Below, one piece after another: positions 56,110-64,000 of a stretch of DNA of 64,000 nucleotides. A program made the translations under genes and the position numbers. Position 1 is the stretch's first letter. Every line of letters begins with the position of its first letter. The notes under the pieces were generated by a model. The model was not told the origin of the DNA and searched no databases. It saw only the letters and a list, made by a program, of their open reading frames with translations. The DNA lies in assembly GCA_030680695.1 (NCBI GenBank), contig JAUXUT010000149.1, forward strand, positions 39,801 to 103,800. Reading direction: 5' to 3'. The stretch comes from a bacterium (GTDB lineage: Bacteria; Patescibacteriota; Minisyncoccia; Phycocordibacterales; UBA6065).

Positions 56110-57822
56110 ATGAGCATACTCGACTCACTCGTACAGAAGAAGCTCATAGATAAGAAGGAAGCCGCATCGGTGTCAGAAGAGGCGCGTCTGACGGGCGAGA
56201 CGCTCGAACAGGTCCTAAAGAAGAAAGGTGTTAAAGATATGGATGTGCTCGAAGCCAAGGGCGAATATTTAGGCATCCCAGTCAGGTCACTCAAGGACCA
56301 AAACATTCCGTTCGATATATTGAAATACATCCCGGAAGAATCAGCTCTTCATTATCGATTCATACCAATTGCGGTAAGAGATAATGTTCTTGAGGTTGGA
56401 GCTGTTGATCCGGATGATATCGAAGTCCGCGACGCTCTCAACTTCATTGCCGCCAAAGTCGGCATGCCTTTCAAGGCATTTCTTATATCAGAAGAAGATT
56501 TTTCAGAGGCCATTGGCTTGTACAAAGGTCTGTCTGGCGAGGTGACCCGTGCTCTCGACGAGCTCGAGACCGACATTGCTGGTGTCGAAATCGAGCCAAG
56601 TGCAGAGATACACAAAAGTGAGTCCAAGCAGGGAACCACTATCATCGAAGACGCGCCGGTAACAAAAATTGTGGCGACGATATTGCGCTATGCGGCCGAA
56701 GGCCAGGCATCTGATATTCACGTTGAACGCCTTGTAGACAAGGTTCGTGTGCGTTTCCGTGTCGATGGAGACCTTCATACTTCGCTCGTACTTCCAGTCA
56801 AGGTTCATGATGCTGTGGTCGCTCGTATAAAAATACTCTCGAACATGAAGCTCGACGAGAAACGCAAACCACAAGACGGGCGATTCTCTGCTCGCATTGA
56901 AGGGCGCAAGATAGATTTCCGTGTGTCCACATTCCCAGCTTATTACGGTGAGAAGGTGGTGATGCGAATTCTCGATTCCGAAAAAGGCGTTCGTTCGTTG
57001 GATGAGATTGGATTCTCGCCAAGGAACCTCGAGGCGATTCGCCGTGCAATGGCCCGTCCATACGGATTAATTCTCATATCTGGACCAACAGGATCCGGAA
57101 AATCTACGACACTTTACGCCATGCTAAAAGAAATTAACGATGAGTCCAAGAACATCTTATCTCTCGAAGACCCGATTGAATACAACATGGAGGGCGTTTC
57201 ACAGTCACAGGTAAGGCCAGAAATCGGATATACATTTGCATCTGGACTACGCACAACCCTTCGACAGGATCCAGATATCATCATGGTGGGAGAAATTCGT
57301 GATAAAGAGACGGCGGCACTGGCAATCCAGGCGGCCCTCACAGGACATCTCGTCCTTTCAACCATTCACACCAACAACGTCTTTGGTGTCGTGCCACGCC
57401 TTATTGACATGGGTGTAGATCCCTACCTTATCGCGCCGACACTTATTCTTTCTATGGCCCAGCGCCTTGCAGCTAAAATTTGCGAGGGTGGGGGAGAGAT
57501 TACGGTCGAAGGTGCTCTGGCTATGCAGGTCGAGAAACAGTTCGCTGACTTACCAGCTGAGTTCAAGAAAGACATTGTCATTCCGGAGGTCGTGTACGAG
57601 CCAAAACCATCAGGCGTCTGTCCTAACGGCGTTCGCGGTCGAATGGCAGTGGCGGAAGTACTCGAGAAGGATCGTGAGCTCGAGCGCCTTATCCTTTCTA
57701 ATGCAGGTGAGGAGGTTATATATAAGTATGCTCGAGGCAAGGGCATGTTATCAATGAAGGAAGATGCCATGCTGAAGGCGTTCAGGGGCGAGATACCGTG
57801 GGGAGAAGTGAACAAGCTCTAG
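56110..57822 (+). CDS. pilB: Type IV pilus assembly ATPase PilB/GspE
   Basis: ASDIH, PQDGR, GPTGSGKSTT, LRQDPD, TGHLVLSTIH. Confidence 0.96.
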   Translation: MSILDSLVQKKLIDKKEAASVSEEARLTGETLEQVLKKKGVKDMDVLEAKGEYLGIPVRSLKDQNIPFDILKYIPEESALHYRFIPIAVRDNVLEVGAVDPDDIEVRDALNFIAAKVGMPFKAFLISEEDFSEAIGLYKGLSGEVTRALDELETDIAGVEIEPSAEIHKSESKQGTTIIEDAPVTKIVATILRYAAEGQASDIHVERLVDKVRVRFRVDGDLHTSLVLPVKVHDAVVARIKILSNMKLDEKRKPQDGRFSARIEGRKIDFRVSTFPAYYGEKVVMRILDSEKGVRSLDEIGFSPRNLEAIRRAMARPYGLILISGPTGSGKSTTLYAMLKEINDESKNILSLEDPIEYNMEGVSQSQVRPEIGYTFASGLRTTLRQDPDIIMVGEIRDKETAALAIQAALTGHLVLSTIHTNNVFGVVPRLIDMGVDPYLIAPTLILSMAQRLAAKICEGGGEITVEGALAMQVEKQFADLPAEFKKDIVIPEVVYEPKPSGVCPNGVRGRMAVAEVLEKDRELERLILSNAGEEVIYKYARGKGMLSMKEDAMLKAFRGEIPWGEVNKL

Positions 57823-57852
57823 AATCGACGTGATATAATCATTGATACAAAT

Positions 57853-58245
57853 ATGGAAAATAAAGGAAAAGTTCTCATAGTTGACGACGACAAGTTCCTC
57901 CTCGGGATGTACTCGTTGAAGTTCTCGAATAATGGTTACGATGTCGACACTTCGGTTGGATCTGTTCCAGCTCTCGAGAAACTGCGAGATGGGGCAAAGC
58001 CAGATATCGTCTTGCTCGACATCATCATGCCGCACATGACCGGCCTTGAGCTTCTAAAGACTATGCGTGATGAAAACCTCGCCCCTGGAGCGATTATCGT
58101 GATGCTCACAAACCAGAGCGCGTCGTCTGATATCGAAACAGCAAAGGAATTGAAGGTAGATGGTTATATCGTTAAGGCTGCGACTATTCCATCCGAGGTT
58201 CTTCGCGAGGTAGAGAAAATCGCAGCGGCAAAGAACGGCAAGTAA
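57853..58245 (+). CDS. Single-domain response regulator
   Basis: LIVDDD, LLDIIMP, MLTN, YIVK. Confidence 0.93.
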   Translation: MENKGKVLIVDDDKFLLGMYSLKFSNNGYDVDTSVGSVPALEKLRDGAKPDIVLLDIIMPHMTGLELLKTMRDENLAPGAIIVMLTNQSASSDIETAKELKVDGYIVKAATIPSEVLREVEKIAAAKNGK

Positions 58246-58263
58246 GGGCTTTAAAATATCATC

Positions 58264-59328
58264 ATGGCAAACGATTATAAAAAAGAGTTCGAAGAGCTCG
58301 TGGGTGTGGTGGTTAAGGAGTCCGCATCGGACCTTCACATCTCGACAGGGCGCTATCCGACTATTCGTGTCGGCGGCTTCCTTATACCGCTCATGAACAA
58401 GAAGACCATCACCGAAGAGGATACCGAAGGCTTCATGTCCGTCGTTATTACTCCTGAGGATCGCGCGCTCTTTCTTAAGAACAAAGAAATAGACTTTTCA
58501 TACAGCACCAAGGAGGCACGTTTTCGTGGCAACGGATTCTTCCAGCAAGGAACGATTTCATTTGCTTTTCGTCTCATTCCAAAACAAATAAGGACCTTCG
58601 AGGAGCTCAACTTGCCGAAGGCAATCGAACAGTTCTGCGACATGCAACAGGGCTTCTTCCTTGTTGTGGGTCCAGTGGGACACGGCAAGACCACCACTTT
58701 GGCTGCTATGGTCGAACGCATCAACCAGACCCGCGCTGAACATATTGTCACCATCGAAGACCCAATCGAATATATATACGAGCAAAAGAAGTCTGTTATT
58801 GACCAACGTGAGGTGCGCATAGACACCCATGACTTTGCGGCCGCACTTCGATCAATATTCCGTCAGGACGTGGATGTGATACTCATCGGCGAGATGCGTG
58901 GCAATGACACCATGGCAACCGCGGTGACCGCAGCAGAGACCGGACATCTCGTTCTCTCGACTTTGCACACTAACAACGCGGCACAGACTATAAACCGCAT
59001 TATTGACTCGTTCCCTGGCTCGCAACAAGATCAGATCCGTATTCAACTATCGAGCACACTTTCAGGCATATTCTCACAACGCCTCGTGCCGCGTATATCC
59101 GGTGGGCTTGTTCCGGCATATGAGCTCCTCATCACGAACCCAGCTGTGCAGAATCTTATCCGTGAGAAGCGCGTACACGAGATAAATACCGTAATCGAAA
59201 CTGGCGCCGAGCTTGGTATGATTGACATGAACCGATCTCTCGCTGACCTTGTAAGAAGAGGGGAGATAACCGTCGAGAACGCCTACCTGTATTCGCCTAA
59301 TCCTAAGATTCTCGAACGCCTCATCTAG
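58264..59328 (+). CDS. pilT: Type IV pilus retraction ATPase PilT
   Basis: GPVGHGKTTT, TIEDPIE, GEMR, AETGHLVLSTLH, NLIRE. Confidence 0.96.
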   Translation: MANDYKKEFEELVGVVVKESASDLHISTGRYPTIRVGGFLIPLMNKKTITEEDTEGFMSVVITPEDRALFLKNKEIDFSYSTKEARFRGNGFFQQGTISFAFRLIPKQIRTFEELNLPKAIEQFCDMQQGFFLVVGPVGHGKTTTLAAMVERINQTRAEHIVTIEDPIEYIYEQKKSVIDQREVRIDTHDFAAALRSIFRQDVDVILIGEMRGNDTMATAVTAAETGHLVLSTLHTNNAAQTINRIIDSFPGSQQDQIRIQLSSTLSGIFSQRLVPRISGGLVPAYELLITNPAVQNLIREKRVHEINTVIETGAELGMIDMNRSLADLVRRGEITVENAYLYSPNPKILERLI

Positions 59329-59342
59329 TATTTCGAACAGCT

Positions 59343-60557
59343 ATGCCACTATTCAACTACAACGCAATAGATCAAGCAGGATCAGAATCGAAGGGATCAA
59401 TCGACACGATATCTCTCGATGTCGCGATTGCATCATTGCAACGACGCGGATTGGTTATTAAATCAATTGACCCTGCAGACGCGACCGGTTCCATTTTCTC
59501 GAAAGAGTTCGCCCTATTTTCTGGTGTATCGTCGAAAGACGTGGTCGTTTTGTCTCGTCAGCTCTCAACGCTATTCGAGGCACAGGTTTCCGCATTACGC
59601 ATTTTCCGTCTCCTTGCTTCCGAATCCGAAAATCCAACACTTGGAAAGGCGCTCACCCAGGTCGCTGACGATCTTCAGGCAGGATCATCTATATCAAAGG
59701 CACTTTCCAAACATCCAAAAATCTTCTCCGATTTCTATGTGAATATGGTGAAGTCTGGCGAGGAATCAGGAAAGCTCGATGAAATATTCGTGTTCCTTGC
59801 AGATCACCTCGATCGAACGTATGAAGTTAACTCAAAAGCAAGAAATGCTCTCATATATCCAGCTTTCGTTATATTCACTTTCGTGGTGGTGATGGCTCTG
59901 ATGCTCACTGTTGTTATTCCAAAAATCAGTACGATACTCACTGACTCTGGACAGGACATACCTCTTTATACCCAAGTGGTCATCGGTCTATCGCAGTTTT
60001 TGGTGAGCTACGGCTTGTTCATAGTAGTCGCCTTCATCGTTGGTGGATTCTTCCTGTGGCGATTCCTTGGTACAGAGGCGGGCAAGTTGTCGCTCGATTC
60101 CGCCAAGATCAATACTCCTTTCGTGAGGAATCTTTATCGCAAGCTCTACCTTTCGCGCATCGCCGATAACATGAATACCATGCTCTCATCTGGTATACCT
60201 ATGGTGCGCGCACTCGAACTTACTTCTGGTGTGGTCGGAAACAGCATATATAAACGCATTCTCGATGAAGGGACCGAGGCGGTAAAGGGAGGACGAACGG
60301 TTTCAGATGCTCTTGGTAACAGGAAAGAAATACCAGGCATCATGATTCAGATGATTAAAGTAGGTGAGGAATCCGGTGAGCTCGGAAAGATATTGAAAAC
60401 CTTGTCTGCGTTCTATCGCCGTGAAGTGGTGAACGCTGTCGACACACTCGTCGACCTCATTGAACCTGCTATGATCGTTCTCCTTGGCCTTGGTGTGGGA
60501 TTCCTGCTCGCATCTGTGCTCATTCCGATATACAACATCTCATCAAATATCTCGTAA
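59343..60557 (+). CDS. pilC: Type IV pilus platform protein PilC
   Basis: RQLSTL, GEESGKL, ALIYP, LIEP. Confidence 0.96.
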   Translation: MPLFNYNAIDQAGSESKGSIDTISLDVAIASLQRRGLVIKSIDPADATGSIFSKEFALFSGVSSKDVVVLSRQLSTLFEAQVSALRIFRLLASESENPTLGKALTQVADDLQAGSSISKALSKHPKIFSDFYVNMVKSGEESGKLDEIFVFLADHLDRTYEVNSKARNALIYPAFVIFTFVVVMALMLTVVIPKISTILTDSGQDIPLYTQVVIGLSQFLVSYGLFIVVAFIVGGFFLWRFLGTEAGKLSLDSAKINTPFVRNLYRKLYLSRIADNMNTMLSSGIPMVRALELTSGVVGNSIYKRILDEGTEAVKGGRTVSDALGNRKEIPGIMIQMIKVGEESGELGKILKTLSAFYRREVVNAVDTLVDLIEPAMIVLLGLGVGFLLASVLIPIYNISSNIS

Positions 60558-60564
60558 GTACATG

Positions 60565-60588
60565 GGCCGCCCGGGAGGGCGGTTTTTT
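60565..60588 (+). terminator. Terminator after pilC
   Basis: GCCGCCC-GGGA-GGGCGGTTTTTT. Confidence 0.8.
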
Positions 60589-60628
60589 GTTATCCCCAGT
60601 ACTCTTAGGCATCAAAATAAGCATTTTG

Positions 60629-60771
60629 TATAATAGGGATACCGATTATACAGATTCGGTCGCTTCCCGGCCCGCCCAAGCGCTTGCAGTCCAGGTGCAA
60701 CAAGACGGGTTCGAGCATTTGAGCGGAGCGGGGAATCGGTTTAAAAGATTAATAACTTAATTCATATAATA
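60629..60771 (+). promoter_or_regulatory. Promoter and structured 5' leader of the probable major pilin
   Basis: TATAAT near 60630, then about 100 nt able to form a long GC-rich imperfect hairpin. Confidence 0.5.
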
Positions 60772-61179
60772 ATGAATTCCAAGATAAAGGGTTTCACCCT
60801 CATCGAACTCCTTGTGGTCATCGCGATCATAGGAATCCTCTCGTCGGTCGTACTCGCGTCCCTTAACAGCGCACGATCGCGTGGTGCTGATGCTGCAGTC
60901 AAGTCTAATCTCGCCAACATTCGTGCGCAGGCTGAGATTTTCTATGATTCGACCAACAATAGCTACACCAACCTATGTTCGAATCCTACGGTCTTTAACA
61001 TGGTAACAGCAGCGGCAAGCGCTGGAGGATCGGCACATTGTGTTGCTTCAACCACGGGTCAGGGATGGGTTGTCAGCGCTAATCTAAAGAACCCTACTGT
61101 GACCAACGGAAAGTGGTGTGTTGACTACACTGGTGCTGCAAAGGAAGTCACCGCTACGACTAACGCGATGTGCATCTAG
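60772..61179 (+). CDS. Type IV pilin (probable major pilin)
   Basis: KG-FTLIELLVVIAIIGILSSVV; own promoter, and terminator at 61199-61227. Confidence 0.95.
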   Translation: MNSKIKGFTLIELLVVIAIIGILSSVVLASLNSARSRGADAAVKSNLANIRAQAEIFYDSTNNSYTNLCSNPTVFNMVTAAASAGGSAHCVASTTGQGWVVSANLKNPTVTNGKWCVDYTGAAKEVTATTNAMCI

Positions 61180-61248
61180 TCTCACACTAGAGCATCGAAA
61201 AAAGCCACCCGTTGCGGGTGGCTTTTTGTCTGTTAGAATAGATGGTAT

Positions 61249-61701
61249 ATGAAACAGAAAGGTTTTACCCTTATTGAACTCCTTGTAGTTATATCGATCA
61301 TCGCCCTACTTTCGTCTGTCGTTCTGTCAGCTCTCGGGTCGGCACGATCAAAGGCAGCCGACAATGCGGTCAAAGTCGCCATGAATCAGTTGCGTGTACA
61401 AGCCCAGGTTTATCGAGATCAGAATAACAATGCCTCTTTTGGCACGAGTGTGAATCAGGCCCCGGCTGCCGGTAGCATATGCACCTCTGGTGTTTTCGGT
61501 GACCAACGTTTCCAGCTCATACAGACGAACATTCTCGCGAACGCAGCTGCTGGTGCATCGATAACATGCACGACTGATTCGATTGGAAACCAATGGGCTT
61601 TATCTGTATCGGCTTTGAGAGGAGGTGGCACATGGTGTATCGATAACTCACAGGGCTGGTTTAAGGCTGGCACAACCAACACGAGTGGACGTTGTCAATA
61701 A
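61249..61701 (+). CDS. Type IV pilin
   Basis: KG-FTLIELLVVISIIALLSSVV; WCID. Confidence 0.95.
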   Translation: MKQKGFTLIELLVVISIIALLSSVVLSALGSARSKAADNAVKVAMNQLRVQAQVYRDQNNNASFGTSVNQAPAAGSICTSGVFGDQRFQLIQTNILANAAAGASITCTTDSIGNQWALSVSALRGGGTWCIDNSQGWFKAGTTNTSGRCQ

Positions 61702-61712
61702 ATCTAACGACC

Positions 61713-62135
61713 ATGCAAACTCCCAAGCGTTCCGGATTCACCCTCGTAGAACTCCTCATTGTTGCCGCCATCATCGGCATACTTGGGTCTATCGTCGTCG
61801 CGTCGATCAGTGGATCGAAGGAGAAGGCTCGTGATTCGCGCCGTGCCTCTGATATGCGCGAAATTCAAATCGCCCTCGCTTTGTATTACGACGTGAATAG
61901 GGTGTATCCAGATTCACTGGCGACTTTGGCAGAAGTTAACCAAAGATTCTTGCCTTCTGTGCCGAAAGATCCTTATACAGGTGCTGATTATGAGTATGTT
62001 GCTGCGGCAGGTTTCAAGAATTACTGCATCGGCGTTACATTTGAGGGATCGAAGCCTTCGGATTTACCCGACACTTCTGACTGTACGCTTTCCGGTGGTT
62101 CGACAGCAAATTATAAAGCAAGTCCACAACGATAA
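61713..62135 (+). CDS. Type IV pilin / GspG-like pseudopilin
   Basis: SG-FTLVELL, ARDSRRASD, VPKDP. Confidence 0.93.
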   Translation: MQTPKRSGFTLVELLIVAAIIGILGSIVVASISGSKEKARDSRRASDMREIQIALALYYDVNRVYPDSLATLAEVNQRFLPSVPKDPYTGADYEYVAAAGFKNYCIGVTFEGSKPSDLPDTSDCTLSGGSTANYKASPQR

Positions 62136-62140
62136 AATAT

Positions 62141-62959
62141 ATGCACGGAGACTATCTCGTATTCGCAATCCTTTTCATCTTCGGAGCCATCATCGGTAGT
62201 TTCCTCAATGTGGTGATATTGCGTTTTGGTACAGGTATGCCGATAGCAACTGGCCGTTCTAAATGTTTCTCGTGTGGAAAAACTTTGTCTTGGTACGAGC
62301 TCGTGCCGATTCTTAGTTTCGTTGTTCAGTGGGGAAAGTGTAGATCTTGTGGGGCGCGACTCTCGGTCCAGTATCCGATTGTTGAGCTTGCAGGGGCAGT
62401 GGCATTACCGCTCGCATATGTATCAACGACGGTTGTTTCTGGATTGACGCAGTCCCTTATACTTTTTGCGCTTCTCGCCGTTCTTCTTTTTATCTATATC
62501 GTTATTTTTGTCTACGATTTGCGCCACAAGCTCATTCCTGATGCCTTTTCTTATACTGCGGCTCTTGTTGCCCTTGCCATGATTGCGGTGAAGGGCTGGG
62601 CTTCTGGTTTCATTGATTTGTATGCAGTCATTGCGGGTCCAACATTCTTTCTTTTCTTCTTTGCTTTCTGGTATTTCTCGCAGGGAAGGTGGATGGGTCT
62701 CGGTGATGGCAAGTTGGCCTTGTCAGTTGGATGGGCGCTTGGTATTGGGGCGGGCACGGCGGCGCTTCTTTTTGCCTTTTGGATCGGGGCTATTGTCGCC
62801 TTGCTCATTATGGTTTTGCAGAGGACCGGTGTATTCAAAGGGCCAGCACTAGGATTAAGAAGCGAACTACCATTTGGGCCGTTCATTGTTATCGGATTCG
62901 TGCTTTCCCTCGCCGCACCAAGCCTTTTCCCATATCTTATGTCGCTTTTGGCGGTATAA
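62141..62959 (+). CDS. pilD: Prepilin peptidase
   Basis: GSFLNVVILR, two CxxC, YDLRHKLIPD, MGLGDGKL, LPFGPF. Confidence 0.96.
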   Translation: MHGDYLVFAILFIFGAIIGSFLNVVILRFGTGMPIATGRSKCFSCGKTLSWYELVPILSFVVQWGKCRSCGARLSVQYPIVELAGAVALPLAYVSTTVVSGLTQSLILFALLAVLLFIYIVIFVYDLRHKLIPDAFSYTAALVALAMIAVKGWASGFIDLYAVIAGPTFFLFFFAFWYFSQGRWMGLGDGKLALSVGWALGIGAGTAALLFAFWIGAIVALLIMVLQRTGVFKGPALGLRSELPFGPFIVIGFVLSLAAPSLFPYLMSLLAV

Positions 62960-62969
62960 TGGATGGAGC

Positions 62970-63569
62970 ATGAAGAAAGTTACGAACATCAAAGGGTTCA
63001 CTCTCGTCGAACTTCTTGTATCAATATCTATATTCACGGTTATAACATCGGTCGCGGTGTTTAATCACGCCCAGTTCAACGGCAGCGTTCTCCTTACTAA
63101 CCTTGCTTATGAGATTGCGCTGTCAGTTCGCCAAGCACAGTTCTATGGCATTACTGTGCGTCAGAGCACAGTTATGCCAGGGGCGTTCGATTCGGGTTAT
63201 GGTATACGTTTCGATTTAGGCGAGTCCGTCACTCGATATAGTCTTTATGAGGATCGTTTGCCACAGAACCATGTTTATGACGGTGCTGGGGAGCTCTTGG
63301 AGTCTTTCCAAATCCAGAAAGGTAATCGTATATCGAAGATATTGGTGACATCTGGGTCGGGATCACCTGTGACGGCGAATATTGTCGACATTTCGTTCAT
63401 ACGACCAAATCCTGACACATACATTACGGTCGGGGGAAACACTTCCATTTTTTACTCGAAAGCAGAGATATGCGTTTCGTCACCACAGGGCTCGAGCCGC
63501 ATCATTGTGGTCGAAGCGACTGGTCAGATATCAGTTACGATAGATCAGACTGATAAATGCAGCAGCTAA
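62970..63569 (+). CDS. Minor type IV pilin
   Basis: KG-FTLVELLVSISI. Confidence 0.9.
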   Translation: MKKVTNIKGFTLVELLVSISIFTVITSVAVFNHAQFNGSVLLTNLAYEIALSVRQAQFYGITVRQSTVMPGAFDSGYGIRFDLGESVTRYSLYEDRLPQNHVYDGAGELLESFQIQKGNRISKILVTSGSGSPVTANIVDISFIRPNPDTYITVGGNTSIFYSKAEICVSSPQGSSRIIVVEATGQISVTIDQTDKCSS

Positions 63570-63571
63570 TC

Positions 63572-64000
63572 ATGACTAATTCAGATAAAAACAAAGGATT
63601 CACACTTGTCGAGGTACTCGTCGCTGTTTCGATATTCGCTATGGTGATGCTTGTTGCTACCGGGGCAGTGTTCAGCATCGTGGAGGCGAACAAGAAGACA
63701 CATTCGCTCAAGTCCGTTATGACCAACTTGAATTTCGCGCTTGAAAGCATGGCCCGTGATATGCGTGTTGGTAGTCAGTATTCATGCTCCGGCGAATGCG
63801 ACCCTGATTTCGGAACGGATGTATTTTCATACAAAGCTAATCGTAGTGTTGATGGAGATGGTGTTTACGATCCGGAAAGTTCGACCGATCGTATCGAATA
63901 CAGCTTGGATAACGGGAGGATCTTCAAGTACATTACGGGATTGTCAGCTTATCCAATAACAGCCGAAGAGATTCATATAGAGTCCCTTCGCTTTTACGCA
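63572..64000 (+). CDS. Minor type IV pilin (partial, runs off the window)
   Basis: MTNSDKNKG-FTLVEVLVAVSIF...LNFALESMARDMR. Confidence 0.9.
   Translation, partial: MTNSDKNKGFTLVEVLVAVSIFAMVMLVATGAVFSIVEANKKTHSLKSVMTNLNFALESMARDMRVGSQYSCSGECDPDFGTDVFSYKANRSVDGDGVYDPESSTDRIEYSLDNGRIFKYITGLSAYPITAEEIHIESLRFYA

Noticed and set aside
53430-64000. Type IV pilus locus with embedded response regulator as a novel system
   Set aside because: The pilM-N-O-B-T-C-pilins-pilD organisation is typical of CPR bacteria.

Overview
Bacterial chromosome segment, standard code 11, most consistent with a Patescibacteria/CPR (Parcubacteria-type) genome; the taxonomy is inferred from gene style, the type IV pilus locus and CPR-typical hypothetical proteins. 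The left third is housekeeping: rplO-secY-adk-map-ndk, infC-rpmI-rplT, a sortase F plus DUF3494 surface protein, a truncated pyruvate kinase, a ZIP/Fur/YibE metal locus, tmRNA-smpB, ftsH, tRNA-Ile(UAU) and recG. A visibly AT-richer composite island of about 24 kb (23893-47946) starts at the 3' end of tRNA-Ser(GCT). It is bounded by a 27-bp direct repeat and divided by tRNA-T-loop-mimicking sites into three modules: (1) one orphan ORF; (2) an unusual seven-gene cluster (variant racemase, ProRS, two HUP/BshC-like orphans, SAM methyltransferase, MurF-like ligase, CphA/GshF-type ATP-grasp); (3) a capsid-less element with large serine recombinase, TerS/TerL, two DNA methyltransferases, a HEPN-like protein, a sigma-like protein and a cargo array. 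The right end is a comF plus type IV pilus locus. Candidate non-coding RNAs include a compact 6S-like RNA, a D-arm-reduced tRNA-Thr(CGU)-like gene and a structured pilin leader. All calls come from manual motif reading; no searches were run.
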